The position numbers and the translations under genes are program-made. The notes under the pieces were generated by a model that had not been told where the DNA came from, did no database searches, and saw only the letters and a program-made list of their open reading frames with translations. A stretch of DNA of 64,000 nt from Bacilli bacterium (GTDB lineage: Bacteria > Bacillota_I > Bacilli_A > RF39 > UBA660), in contig JAFSEY010000009.1 of NCBI GenBank assembly GCA_017435485.1, forward strand, positions 1,715 to 65,714. The letters run 5' to 3'. Position 1 is the stretch's first letter; each line of letters begins with the position of its first letter. Below are positions 9,400-19,539 of the stretch, piece after piece.

Positions 9400-11679
9400 T
9401 TAGTCTTCGTCATCAAAGAAATCATCAAAAAATTCATCATCCGAAATAACATTTTCTTTTACAACTATACTGTCTTTGTCAACATTGATAATTGGTTTTT
9501 CAGTTTCAATTTTCTTTTCTTCTTTGATTTCTGATTTATTCAATTTTTCAGTTTTTATTTCAGGAGTTTCTTCTATCGAAGGAAGGACTATTTTGGGAAT
9601 TTCAGTTTTATCTTCTGTTTCTAAAGTTTTTTGTTCTTCTTTAGTCACATTTGCTTTTTCTTCTTTTTCCTTCTCTCTTCTTTCTTCCTCTTCTAATTCT
9701 TTAATCTTTTTATCGATATCTTTCATCATAGCATCGATATCCATATTAGATAAAGCATCACCAGTACCAGGCATGCCAAAAGGATTTGGTGTAGGACGAG
9801 GATTCATCCCTCCCATTGGATTCATACCTCCTCCAAAAGGTAATCCTGCATTTGGATTTGACATTGGTCCAAATGGACTTCCAAATCCTCCACCCATAGG
9901 TGGCATTCCAAAGTTAGGACTAAATCCTGGTTGATTTGGCATATTAGCATTTTTTTCTAACATTTGTTTTTTCTTTTCTTCAGTTACATAAGCTTTTAAA
10001 TCAAATAACTGAATTTCTTCTTTTTTTCTAGTTGGGAACTCAGCTATTGATGATTCGATTCCCCATTTCATTTTAAAGTTAGGTTCTAACTTAGTTTTAA
10101 ATGGATGAGTTCTTAATCTAATAATAATTACTTGTCCTAGTTTTAATTTTTGTAAATCCGATACTGTAATTAACGGAGTTGAAGCAGTTTTATCTTTTTC
10201 TTTAGATTTAACTTCTCCACACATTTCACTAATTTCTTTTAAAGCAGCTATTTCAGTACTAATTAAATAAACTAAATTACCGCAATTTCCTTTAATAACT
10301 TGCGCAACTTCTTGACCATAAACATCGTTTAATTGCGCAAAGTTTTGAATAATAAATGTAAAACGAATATCTCTGCTTCGAGCAGCAGATACCATTGAAT
10401 CAACGTCTTTTAAAGGTGGCATGTTGGCAAACTCATCTAAAATAAAGTTTGTTCTATATGGTAATTTACCACCATTTTCTTGAGCAACGTCAATTAATGT
10501 TTCATAACATTGTTTTATAAAAATAGTCATTAAACTATGATAAGTTTTCTTTTCATCATGGATAAGTAAAAATACTGCAGTTTTTTTCTTACCTATATCA
10601 GTCATCTCAAAATCACTATAAGCTAACATTTCACTTAATGATTCACGAGATGAGAATAATCTTATCTTTTGTCTAAATGTTGATAAGATACCACCTTTAG
10701 TATCTGTTGGTGCATTAATAGTATTACTAGCAAAAATATATGGACTTGAGGATTCCCCTTTTAATTGAAAATATTCTTTAATATAGTTACTAGTTGCATA
10801 TCTTTCTTCTCCAACTGTACTCATTAGATTGATACTATTTAAGTTTACTTCTCTTTCTTTAGCATCTTCAAATAGACCTAGTGCTAAACCTGAAAAGTAG
10901 TCAGCAGCACTCTTTTCCCAGAAGTCAGAATCACTTTTACTAGTTGGATCATATAAAATATTTAATGCGACGTCATCTAAAAGCTCAGTAGCTTTATCCT
11001 TATTACCTTTTATGTAGTATTCATATGGTAAGTGTAATGGATTCCAGGCATTACCATTTTGAGTATCACGGAAGTTTAGTAATATGATATTATAACCACG
11101 ATCTTTTAACATGTTTCCACATTCACGATATAACTCACCTTTAGGATCGGTAATAATCATACTTTCGCCCTTTTTAGCAAGTAAGTTTACCATCGGTTTA
11201 ACAATCATTTCTGATTTACCAGATCCAGTAGATCCAATAACTAAGTTATGATAATCACTATTATCTACCCATAATTCCTTAGAATTATTAATTAAAGGAA
11301 TACCGGCTGCATCAAGATTTTTAGCTGAAGGATTAACTTTAGTTGCTCCTTTACTTTTTTTAATTTCATCTTCTTTAGCCCATCTAGAATATCCATCTGA
11401 ACCTTTCTCTTTAATAGTTAAACCAATACCGCCACTTTTATCACGGCTAAAAATATATGATGATACACTTGTAAATATAATAATTAATGCTATAACAAAC
11501 ATTGCTATTGTCACTGGTAAATATGGCATTAGAAAAGCTCTAAAAGGAAGCAGACCATAAAAACGTCCTTCTGTTGTCAAAGAAGTAAAATTAAGTACTG
11601 CTATTGCACATAAATAAAGCAATAAAATGCAATAAAGTACAAACAACAAAAAATCTTTAGGTTCAACTTTAAATTTCAT
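9400..11679 (-). CDS. Type IV secretion coupling protein, VirD4/TraG/TraD family
   Basis: It has N-terminal transmembrane helices, a Walker A motif (LVIGSTGSGKSE), ITDPKGELY, and a Walker B-like FILDEFANMP. An unusual C-terminal tail contains a Pro/Gly/Met-rich repeat, a charged coiled coil, and an acidic DDEFFDDFFDDED end. Confidence 0.85.
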   Translation of the reverse strand: MKFKVEPKDFLLFVLYCILLLYLCAIAVLNFTSLTTEGRFYGLLPFRAFLMPYLPVTIAMFVIALIIIFTSVSSYIFSRDKSGGIGLTIKEKGSDGYSRWAKEDEIKKSKGATKVNPSAKNLDAAGIPLINNSKELWVDNSDYHNLVIGSTGSGKSEMIVKPMVNLLAKKGESMIITDPKGELYRECGNMLKDRGYNIILLNFRDTQNGNAWNPLHLPYEYYIKGNKDKATELLDDVALNILYDPTSKSDSDFWEKSAADYFSGLALGLFEDAKEREVNLNSINLMSTVGEERYATSNYIKEYFQLKGESSSPYIFASNTINAPTDTKGGILSTFRQKIRLFSSRESLSEMLAYSDFEMTDIGKKKTAVFLLIHDEKKTYHSLMTIFIKQCYETLIDVAQENGGKLPYRTNFILDEFANMPPLKDVDSMVSAARSRDIRFTFIIQNFAQLNDVYGQEVAQVIKGNCGNLVYLISTEIAALKEISEMCGEVKSKEKDKTASTPLITVSDLQKLKLGQVIIIRLRTHPFKTKLEPNFKMKWGIESSIAEFPTRKKEEIQLFDLKAYVTEEKKKQMLEKNANMPNQPGFSPNFGMPPMGGGFGSPFGPMSNPNAGLPFGGGMNPMGGMNPRPTPNPFGMPGTGDALSNMDIDAMMKDIDKKIKELEEEERREKEKEEKANVTKEEQKTLETEDKTEIPKIVLPSIEETPEIKTEKLNKSEIKEEKKIETEKPIINVDKDSIVVKENVISDDEFFDDFFDDED

Positions 11680-11738
11680 AAGCTCTGCTCCTTTTTTTAC
11701 TATGATTATTATACTATAAAAATTTTTTTTGGCAAATA

Positions 11739-12584
11739 TTATTTAAAAGTATCCTGTAATACTAAATTTGAATACATTCCATTTAGATTATATAGAGATA
11801 ATTGATAACCAGTATCACTAGGATAATAACAAGTAAACATTAAATATTTAGTTAAATCTAATTCAAAATATTCTGCTAAACTCACAGCGCAACTTACATC
11901 CGATGTGTTTTTATAAATTAAATTAGGTTGCTTTATATAGTTTATAAATGCTATAGAAAATTCTGGATAACTATATTCTTCTTCTAAACCATTAACTAAA
12001 CTAACCATATATAAACTTTCTCTTATCCCATCTTTATTATAATCCGATGTGTTTTTGTTTATCGATAAAATATTAATGTCATATGTAATACCTAAATTGT
12101 CAAGGTATTTACTAATAATAATCTTATCTTCTTCTGTAATTAATTCTTCATCTAGGCTAAATCTATTGAACTCTTTAGTTGTATTAACACCTAGAATCTT
12201 TTCTGTTATGTTTATTTTATTATTTGTATTATCATAAATATACCAACCATTATTAAATACCGCTGTGTAATTTCCTAATAGATTTGAATTATCATAAATA
12301 GAAAATTGTTTTTTTAATAATATGTCATCATTTGCACTATTCCAATTTGATATCGTTTTAGTAATAATAGCTCCATCTTCAATAAATAAAATTGCTTCTA
12401 TTTTTTCATTTTCTTCAGGTTCATTATTGATTGATGGTGGTGTTGGAATAGGATCTTTAGTTGGATTATTATCTTTATTGTTTATTGAATCCTTATCAAA
12501 TCCAAATATCACTAGCATAACAATGAAATATACCAAGACAATACTCCCAAAAATAATTATGGGTTTAATATTAACTTTATTCAT
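11739..12584 (-). CDS. Membrane-anchored hypothetical protein associated with the T4SS-like cluster
   Basis: It has one N-terminal transmembrane segment and a Pro-rich linker, with no recognisable catalytic motif. It lies between the hydrolase and the coupling protein. Confidence 0.35.
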   Translation of the reverse strand: MNKVNIKPIIIFGSIVLVYFIVMLVIFGFDKDSINNKDNNPTKDPIPTPPSINNEPEENEKIEAILFIEDGAIITKTISNWNSANDDILLKKQFSIYDNSNLLGNYTAVFNNGWYIYDNTNNKINITEKILGVNTTKEFNRFSLDEELITEEDKIIISKYLDNLGITYDINILSINKNTSDYNKDGIRESLYMVSLVNGLEEEYSYPEFSIAFINYIKQPNLIYKNTSDVSCAVSLAEYFELDLTKYLMFTCYYPSDTGYQLSLYNLNGMYSNLVLQDTFK

Positions 12585-12597
12585 TTATAACTCCTTT

Positions 12598-14574
12598 TTA
12601 TTGATTTATACATACTTTATCTATATATGGTAATGGCTTTTTATCACCGTAATCAGTATAAACATCTCCATTTTGAGCTCTTGATGGATTCCACATCATT
12701 AATTTGGTCCACCCATTCGCTTCAGTTGATGCTACATCCAAGACAACAAAATGAGTACCTTTTCCTGCTCCAGGATTTTTTACTTGCATAACAATAGCAC
12801 AATTAGGTGTTACAGCTGCTTTAATTGCAGCAATTTTCTCTGTTTTTGATCCAGACAAATAAATTCTTCCATTACCATCCGAAGTTACAGAACCACTTGG
12901 TACAATACTTTGTATTGCTGTAGTTCTAGTTGGTTCTCCTACTAATCCCCCGCCAGGATAAAAAGCATTTTGTTTTTTTAATGCTTTAGCAAAAGTACCG
13001 GGGTTAAATTCTTCAAGTGTTGTTTCAGCTCCTAAGGAAGCAAATGATATGGCAATCGATGTTACATAACATCCAATATCTTTCATAGTCGTCCCTGATG
13101 CAGTTCCCAAAGAAAAACTTCCCCATTCTTTAGCTCCCTGCTTCCAGTTGGCATAATCTCCTGCTGCAACAGTATAATTAAATGTTACTTCGCCTGAGGC
13201 TATTTGAACATTACCGGCTCCATAAGTTTCAATGATTATTTCAGTATAGTCGCTTCCATTTGTTCCTGATGTTATAATTTTTGTTTTTATATCATCTGTT
13301 AAACTAGTTGCATACGGTTTTGAGTTATTTGAAGCATCTTTTAAATATTTACCTACTACTGTTGCTGATATAGATTCTAAAGAGTCTATTTCTGTTTCAG
13401 ATAGTGCAATATCTTGCCATACTACAGCACCTTCTGTTTCCGCATTTACCTCTGGACTATAAATAATGGTTCCGTCTTCTTTTTCTAATTTATAAGCTGT
13501 TTTTTCATAATCCCAATATATTAAATTGTTACTAGTAGTATTTACAGTTACAGTTTTTGTGGAAGTATTTAATCCTAATGTACCATCATCAGTCATTGAT
13601 AATAAATTATTACGATTTATAATTAATGCGGCTTTAAAGGCTTCTGGATTAGAAGTTATTACATCTTTTCCAAGTTGTGCAACAGTTGCTCCCATTATAT
13701 ATTTTTCAAACGGCACTACTTCTAAGGTTTTAGTATTATCACTATTTAAAATCTCAACTTTTAAATTTTCAATTTCTACACCATTAATTGAATATTTAAC
13801 ACTAGCACCTGCTACACCGGATGTATTTCCCATGGATACGTCATCGCCCACTGCTCCAGCAAAAATACATAGCCCAAATATTAAAACAGCAAAAAATATT
13901 ATTCCTAATGTGACTGGCCAATTGGTAATTGCTAATGAAATTAATTTAGCTGCCCCTTTTAAAGCAACTTTGGTACCTTTGACTGCTGCTTGCCCTGCTT
14001 TTTTTGCACCTTTGGCAGTTGCTTTCCCAGCTTTTTTCGCAGTATTTTTAGCTACTGTTTTTGCTTTACCTTTTAATTGATTTTTAGCATATTCTAAAGG
14101 ATGCATTGTTTTAAAAGCCTTTGATTTAGCATTATTTATTTTATTTTGAAACTTAGCGTTTTTAGCATCAAAAACTCGCTTATTGTCTTTGGCTTTATCA
14201 ATAATATTTTTATTTTTTGTAATAGGATCTTCACGAAGCTTTTTTCCTGTATTAGGATCTCGCATCACTTTTCCCGTATCTTGATCTCGTTTAACTTTAC
14301 CTTTTTTTTCTTTAGTTCCTTTAGCTCTTTCAGCCTTAGCATCCTGTAAATTTTGATTTAATCTTTCTTTTTCAGCTTTATAATGATTGTTATTATATTT
14401 TCCATTTTCATCTCTAGCTGCATTGTATTCATCCTCACCAAATCTTTTTTTCTCTTGTTGCTGACCTTGTTCTTCATCCATAGATTCAGTTTGGTCTTCT
14501 AATTCATCATTTCCAAGTTCTTCCAATGAATCTATATCATCTAAAAAATCATCTTCATGCATCAATCTCACCAC
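12598..14574 (-). CDS. T4SS-associated cell-wall hydrolase candidate (papain-like Cys peptidase / CHAP-like C-terminal domain)
   Basis: The N-terminus is acidic and then Lys-rich (KKAGKATAKGAKKAG), followed by one transmembrane segment. The C-terminal domain has a candidate Cys (KDIGCYVTS) and His (GTHFVVLDV) pair. Position and architecture parallel CwlT, TcpG and Orf14. Confidence 0.45.
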   Translation of the reverse strand: MVRLMHEDDFLDDIDSLEELGNDELEDQTESMDEEQGQQQEKKRFGEDEYNAARDENGKYNNNHYKAEKERLNQNLQDAKAERAKGTKEKKGKVKRDQDTGKVMRDPNTGKKLREDPITKNKNIIDKAKDNKRVFDAKNAKFQNKINNAKSKAFKTMHPLEYAKNQLKGKAKTVAKNTAKKAGKATAKGAKKAGQAAVKGTKVALKGAAKLISLAITNWPVTLGIIFFAVLIFGLCIFAGAVGDDVSMGNTSGVAGASVKYSINGVEIENLKVEILNSDNTKTLEVVPFEKYIMGATVAQLGKDVITSNPEAFKAALIINRNNLLSMTDDGTLGLNTSTKTVTVNTTSNNLIYWDYEKTAYKLEKEDGTIIYSPEVNAETEGAVVWQDIALSETEIDSLESISATVVGKYLKDASNNSKPYATSLTDDIKTKIITSGTNGSDYTEIIIETYGAGNVQIASGEVTFNYTVAAGDYANWKQGAKEWGSFSLGTASGTTMKDIGCYVTSIAISFASLGAETTLEEFNPGTFAKALKKQNAFYPGGGLVGEPTRTTAIQSIVPSGSVTSDGNGRIYLSGSKTEKIAAIKAAVTPNCAIVMQVKNPGAGKGTHFVVLDVASTEANGWTKLMMWNPSRAQNGDVYTDYGDKKPLPYIDKVCINQ

Positions 14575-14603
14575 CTAAATATATTTAAGTTCAAAAAGAA
14601 GGA

Positions 14604-16388
14604 TTATAATCCTCCTCCTGAACCAAAGAAATCTAACTCTTCTTGTGTTGCAATAATTTGAACTCTCATTCTTCTATTACCACATACAAATAATCCATCA
14701 CCTTGATTATAATATTTTATACTTTCTTTTTCATTTTCGTTTAAATCAATTAATTGCGATAAATCTTCGACTGCTTGTTTTTTTAATCCCATAACTAAAT
14801 AATAAGCAGCATTATCAAATATAGCTTTACCATGAACAATTACTCTTGGATCTGCAAAATCTGTTGGTTGTTGAGTAATGATAATTGTACCAGTATTATA
14901 CTTTCTACTACGTCTTTGAATTTGGGCTAAGAATTCAGCTCCAAGTTCATTATTACCAGCAAGTAATACGTGAGCTTCATCAACCATCATTACAGTGTTA
15001 ATATTACTATCTAAACATAGGCTCCATGCATACTTTAAGATATTAAAGAATAAAGCATTTTTAATATTAGAATCACTATTCATTAACTCTTTGATATTAA
15101 ATACAATAAAATCACTGTCTAATTGAATTGTTGTATGTCCTGTAAAAAAATAACGTAATTCATTAACTAATGGACGGATTTTAAGTTCTAATCTTTCCAT
15201 TACATCTCTTTCATGAGTTGCATCAGTCATTGATAATAATTTACCTTTAATTGTTGCATACACATCATCAAATGTTGGATAATCAGCTGATGTTAATTTT
15301 GTAAAATCAGTGTTAACATCAATTTTATAACGTTTATATGTTTCTGTTACAACATCTGTAAACATTGCTAAAACATCATCTTCAATACTTGGAGAATAAT
15401 ATTTCATAAAAGCTTTTAATTGCTGTAAAGTTTTAGCTAAAACAGTATAACCTAGGCCTTGAGCAATTTCATCTTCATCAATATCTAAAACAACTTCTAG
15501 TGGATTTATCATACCTAGTTGTCCACCACTACCTAAATCGATAAAGTCTCCTCCAACAATATCACACATGTTTTGTAATTCACCTTCAGGATCAATACAA
15601 ACAACTTTATATCCATTTCTTAAGTGGCTTCTAACAAGTAACTTAGCAGCAGTTGATTTACCACTACCAGCAGAACCTAAAATAATAATGTTTGCGTTAT
15701 TACGATTATTTTCCTTTTTTATTTGATATAAGAATTGATTGAATAAAATTACTCCTCCGGAGAAATCAACACCTAGTAATGTAGAATTTCCTGGGTCTTT
15801 AATGCTATCAAAAACAAATGGATACATTGCCGATAATGTAACAGATGGAATTGGTGTTCCAATTCTATTTTCAATATCTTGGCTTGGGAAAATTGGAATA
15901 ATAGACTTTAATACTTTTTCTTGTTCAAACATTAAAGATATTCCACGCATTCCGTAACGATCTAAATGATTACGTACATGCATTTTCTTAAGTTCCAAAT
16001 CTTCTTTATTATCAGCAGTAATCATTAAATGCATTTGAAAATCGAATATACGAGCTTGAGTAGCTGCTAACATCGAAATAAATTGTTCTAATGATTCATA
16101 ATCTAAACGAATGCCTTCTTGAATTGTATTATCTTTTTCATTTTGATAACGCATCTTTAGTTCTGCTACTTCTTTATTAAGCATTTTTCTAATTGTGTCA
16201 AATGGCATTGGAATATGTTTAATAGCTAACTTGACACCACCGATAGCAGTAATATCTGCTAAGTATCCTACCGGAACAGCTTTTGGAAAAGCAATAACAG
16301 TCATAATCGTACAATATTTACCACCTAAAACAAATTCAGTTGGTTTAAACTCCATACCTTTTGGAGCAACTTCACTTTTTAATCCCAT
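14604..16388 (-). CDS. VirB4/TraE-family T4SS ATPase
   Basis: It has a Walker A motif (ILGSAGSGKST), VVCIDPEGE, and a Walker B motif (MMVDEAH). Its 594-aa length is consistent with VirB4-family proteins of Gram-positive conjugation systems (ConE, TcpF, Orf16). Confidence 0.85.
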   Translation of the reverse strand: MGLKSEVAPKGMEFKPTEFVLGGKYCTIMTVIAFPKAVPVGYLADITAIGGVKLAIKHIPMPFDTIRKMLNKEVAELKMRYQNEKDNTIQEGIRLDYESLEQFISMLAATQARIFDFQMHLMITADNKEDLELKKMHVRNHLDRYGMRGISLMFEQEKVLKSIIPIFPSQDIENRIGTPIPSVTLSAMYPFVFDSIKDPGNSTLLGVDFSGGVILFNQFLYQIKKENNRNNANIIILGSAGSGKSTAAKLLVRSHLRNGYKVVCIDPEGELQNMCDIVGGDFIDLGSGGQLGMINPLEVVLDIDEDEIAQGLGYTVLAKTLQQLKAFMKYYSPSIEDDVLAMFTDVVTETYKRYKIDVNTDFTKLTSADYPTFDDVYATIKGKLLSMTDATHERDVMERLELKIRPLVNELRYFFTGHTTIQLDSDFIVFNIKELMNSDSNIKNALFFNILKYAWSLCLDSNINTVMMVDEAHVLLAGNNELGAEFLAQIQRRSRKYNTGTIIITQQPTDFADPRVIVHGKAIFDNAAYYLVMGLKKQAVEDLSQLIDLNENEKESIKYYNQGDGLFVCGNRRMRVQIIATQEELDFFGSGGGL

Positions 16389-16390
16389 TA

Positions 16391-16945
16391 TTACATCACC
16401 GTCCCAAAACTAGTATTAGCACCATCGTTAAAGAAATTATCTAAAATTACTCTTAAATCGTTATTAGAAACTTGAACCGAATTTAATCCAGCATTGGCTA
16501 AATTCATAATTAAATTACGTAATTTCTTTTGAACTATTTCTAATCTCTTTTCTTTAAATAAAATAAAATATTCTGTATCAACAACGCCATATTCTTGACC
16601 AGCAAACATATTTCCTTTGTTAATATCTTGCATAATTAATTTACGAGCAATTGGATTAGGGTTGTTATTATATAATAATTGTAATTGAGACATATAAACA
16701 TGAATATCTACTGGACGATCTGCTACAATTAACCAAAATTCATAATCAATTGTGTTGTAAAAATTACGAAGGGCTGCTAACGCTGAATCTTGAGCTCCCT
16801 TTTCTAAAATAAAGATATTTTTAGGAGCAATTTTTACTCCACTTACATATTGTCCATCATCTAATTGGATCATACCATTTAAAATTTGTTTAATTGGTAA
16901 CCAATCCTCTGTATATTTTTCTCCACTATTTTGTGTCGTCGCCAT
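16391..16945 (-). CDS. T4SS-associated cytoplasmic protein of unknown function (probable start at the internal MATTQNSG)
   Basis: The track ORF 16391..17002 overlaps the upstream gene. The internal Met at 16945 gives only a 20-nt overlap, typical of translational coupling. Confidence 0.35.
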   Translation of the reverse strand: MATTQNSGEKYTEDWLPIKQILNGMIQLDDGQYVSGVKIAPKNIFILEKGAQDSALAALRNFYNTIDYEFWLIVADRPVDIHVYMSQLQLLYNNNPNPIARKLIMQDINKGNMFAGQEYGVVDTEYFILFKEKRLEIVQKKLRNLIMNLANAGLNSVQVSNNDLRVILDNFFNDGANTSFGTVM

Positions 16946-17252
16946 ACCACACACACCAACCTTTCCATTTATAGCTTTTTTGCTTAAAAATAAATGTAAC
17001 AATATTAATGATTAATTGTAATATATTATGATAATGAGGCACTGGCATTACTAAAAAAGCTGATACTAATGCCGGTGCTAAAATCATCATCAAAGTTTTA
17101 AATTCAGTTGAATTAATTACTAACAACATTATTACTGTGGTTAGTACTCCAAAACCAAATATAAACAAATCAACCATTGTAAAATAACCTAATATTAATC
17201 CAGAACGTTTAGCATTTGCTGGAATTAAATAAGTTTGTTCTTCTTGTTCCAT
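16926..17252 (-). CDS. Small two-transmembrane protein, VirB3/ConD/Orf17-like by position and topology
   Basis: It is 108 aa with two hydrophobic helices and lies immediately upstream of the VirB4 gene, as in ICEBs1 and Tn916. Confidence 0.4.
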   Translation of the reverse strand: MEQEEQTYLIPANAKRSGLILGYFTMVDLFIFGFGVLTTVIMLLVINSTEFKTLMMILAPALVSAFLVMPVPHYHNILQLIINIVTFIFKQKSYKWKGWCVWYGDDTK

Positions 17253-17270
17253 ATATTATCTCCCTTTTTA

Positions 17271-19523
17271 TTATTTTTTCTTTTCAGAATCTTGTCTTTC
17301 TCTTTCAAACTTAGTAATAGCTGCTTTTAATTCTGTTTTTCTTAAGTCTGATTCTGTTCCAAATGCTTTGAATTCATCACTATTAACTGTTATAGAAGCT
17401 TTTACTCCATCCAGGGTGAATCCAGCTGCTTGAACTGCAGGACTGGCAATATTCTTTTCAAGTAAATTCTTAAATTCAACGGCACTTTGTCTAATATCTC
17501 CCAAATCTCCTGCGAGACTTTTATTGACTTTGATAAAGCGATCCCATTCATCATCACTAACTAAGGCTTGATTTTGAATTGCATCTTGTAGCAATTTTTG
17601 ATCATTTGCAAATTGTTTTTGTAAGTAGGCGTATTCTTCACTACGTCCTCCAGCTTGAGCTGCCTCCATTTGAGTTTTTGTTGCTCTTAAATCGTTAACA
17701 TCTAGTGTTTTAATGTTACCACTAGTATTAATTTTTTCAATCAACCTATTTAAAGACTGAATTTCAGCATCTGAATCGGATCTACCGCTAGCTTTCATAG
17801 TTTCTACAATAGATTCTAATTCCTTACGTTGAGCAGTCATATCCACAACACATGTTATACCTAAACTTGAACTAGCTTTTGATAACTCTTTTGTAATTAA
17901 TCCTTCAGCTGCAGTACGAGTTCCTTTTTTTGCTGAACCCATTTTTTCTAAGTCTGCTAATTCAGCTTTTGCATCTTCAACACTATTAATTCCAAAATAG
18001 TCACCAACTCTTCTAACTGTATCTTTTGCATGCCCACTAATACTTCCCCAAACAGTTCCACCATGACTAGCCTTATATCCTTTTCTTTCAACAGCTTTTT
18101 CACCAGCTTTTGTTGCTCCCTTTCGGGCGTGTTCTCTCATTCCTTTTACATCATTAGTATCTTTCCCAAAAGATCTAACTCCACCAGACACAAAACCTGC
18201 CGCTCCTCTAAGCAAGCCTTCTCCAAGTCCAGCAGCAATACCACCAACTCGCATCCTTCTTTGCTCTCCTTTAGAATATAAAATTGGAGAATCAGAGTTT
18301 AATTTTTCTTTGACCTTATTTCTATAAGAATTATTAGTGAATCCCCCCACTGCATTTCTAATCCCTGAAGTTAGAGCACCGCCAACCATAGCTCCACCAA
18401 TGAATGCACCACCAGCTGCTAGCTTGTCTTTAATGCCCATACTCATATTTTTACTGTCAATACCAGTTATTTCACTTATTAATTGTGGTGCTTGTTTTGC
18501 AAACATTAAACATCCCATTATTAATAACGCTCTTAATATTCTTGTTGTAAAATATCCTGCTCCCTCATCTATAACCCCCTTATTAAATACAACACAAATA
18601 ACTCTTATTAGATAAACCATTAAGAATAATATTGCAATTCTTAATAAAGCTTCAAAAAAAGTTGTTAAAGTTACTTTTATCCATTTTTTTAACATATCTT
18701 TTTTCCCTGGTATTATATCAGCCATTGCAGGAAGTGGCGCTATAATTTCATAAAATGCTAATTTTACTAATCTTAAAGCTAAAGACAAGCAGTAACTAAT
18801 CATCATATAAATACAAAATCCACCAGCAACTAATGCAAATACCCAATTATAGACTATATATCCATCATTTCTTGTTTCCTCATTAATTATATCGGCATAT
18901 AATTTATAATGATTAAAATTCCCGTCAGCTACAACCATATCATGAATTTCTTGATACTTTCTTCCTCCATAATTAAAGTTGTCAATTTCCTCTTGAATAG
19001 TTTCATTATCTTTGTTTTCTTCTACTACATATGGATAGAAAAATGACTCAAATATAGTTATTGAAATATCAATCCCAGCTTGTTCGATAACCTCAGCAAC
19101 GGTTTGTTGATTTCCTGTTTGAGAAACTAAATATTCATTAGATGAATTTGAATCATTAGTTCCAAGAATGATTTTTCCTATTGTGTTTTTTTCTAATAAA
19201 GAATCTTGAACAACAAATGCAAATTCAAACGCTGTTGGAACAATCGCTATAACAACGATTGCTTTTATAACATCTAAAATTATTTTTCCAGCTCCACTTT
19301 TGTCTTTCGCATCGGGATTTACTATAGTTCTTAACATTGAATATGCTAAGAAAAATAACATTACTACGCCTATTACTGTGTACATTCTGCGGATAATAGG
19401 AGCCAATACATTATCTTCACTACTAAATATATTTAATTTTGCCAAATACAGAAAAATATTATATAACGCTGCTATACCGCTATAAATCCAGCTTACCACT
19501 TCAATCAAAAAATTATTTATCAT
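17271..19523 (-). CDS. VirB6/TrbL-like polytopic membrane protein with a long C-terminal soluble domain (ConG/TcpH/Orf15 analogue)
   Basis: It has six or more transmembrane helices in the N-terminal 370 aa, a Gly-rich segment (AAGGAFIGGAMVGGALTSG), and about 350 aa of hydrophilic, partly coiled sequence. Confidence 0.55.
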   Translation of the reverse strand: MINNFLIEVVSWIYSGIAALYNIFLYLAKLNIFSSEDNVLAPIIRRMYTVIGVVMLFFLAYSMLRTIVNPDAKDKSGAGKIILDVIKAIVVIAIVPTAFEFAFVVQDSLLEKNTIGKIILGTNDSNSSNEYLVSQTGNQQTVAEVIEQAGIDISITIFESFFYPYVVEENKDNETIQEEIDNFNYGGRKYQEIHDMVVADGNFNHYKLYADIINEETRNDGYIVYNWVFALVAGGFCIYMMISYCLSLALRLVKLAFYEIIAPLPAMADIIPGKKDMLKKWIKVTLTTFFEALLRIAILFLMVYLIRVICVVFNKGVIDEGAGYFTTRILRALLIMGCLMFAKQAPQLISEITGIDSKNMSMGIKDKLAAGGAFIGGAMVGGALTSGIRNAVGGFTNNSYRNKVKEKLNSDSPILYSKGEQRRMRVGGIAAGLGEGLLRGAAGFVSGGVRSFGKDTNDVKGMREHARKGATKAGEKAVERKGYKASHGGTVWGSISGHAKDTVRRVGDYFGINSVEDAKAELADLEKMGSAKKGTRTAAEGLITKELSKASSSLGITCVVDMTAQRKELESIVETMKASGRSDSDAEIQSLNRLIEKINTSGNIKTLDVNDLRATKTQMEAAQAGGRSEEYAYLQKQFANDQKLLQDAIQNQALVSDDEWDRFIKVNKSLAGDLGDIRQSAVEFKNLLEKNIASPAVQAAGFTLDGVKASITVNSDEFKAFGTESDLRKTELKAAITKFERERQDSEKKK

Positions 19524-19539
19524 ATTATATTACTCCTTT

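Noticed and set aside
16391-17002. The full 203-aa extent of this ORF
   Set aside because: The first 19 codons overlap the end of the upstream VirB3-like gene by 77 nt. The internal Met (MATTQNSG) gives a typical short coupling overlap, so the start was moved to 16945.
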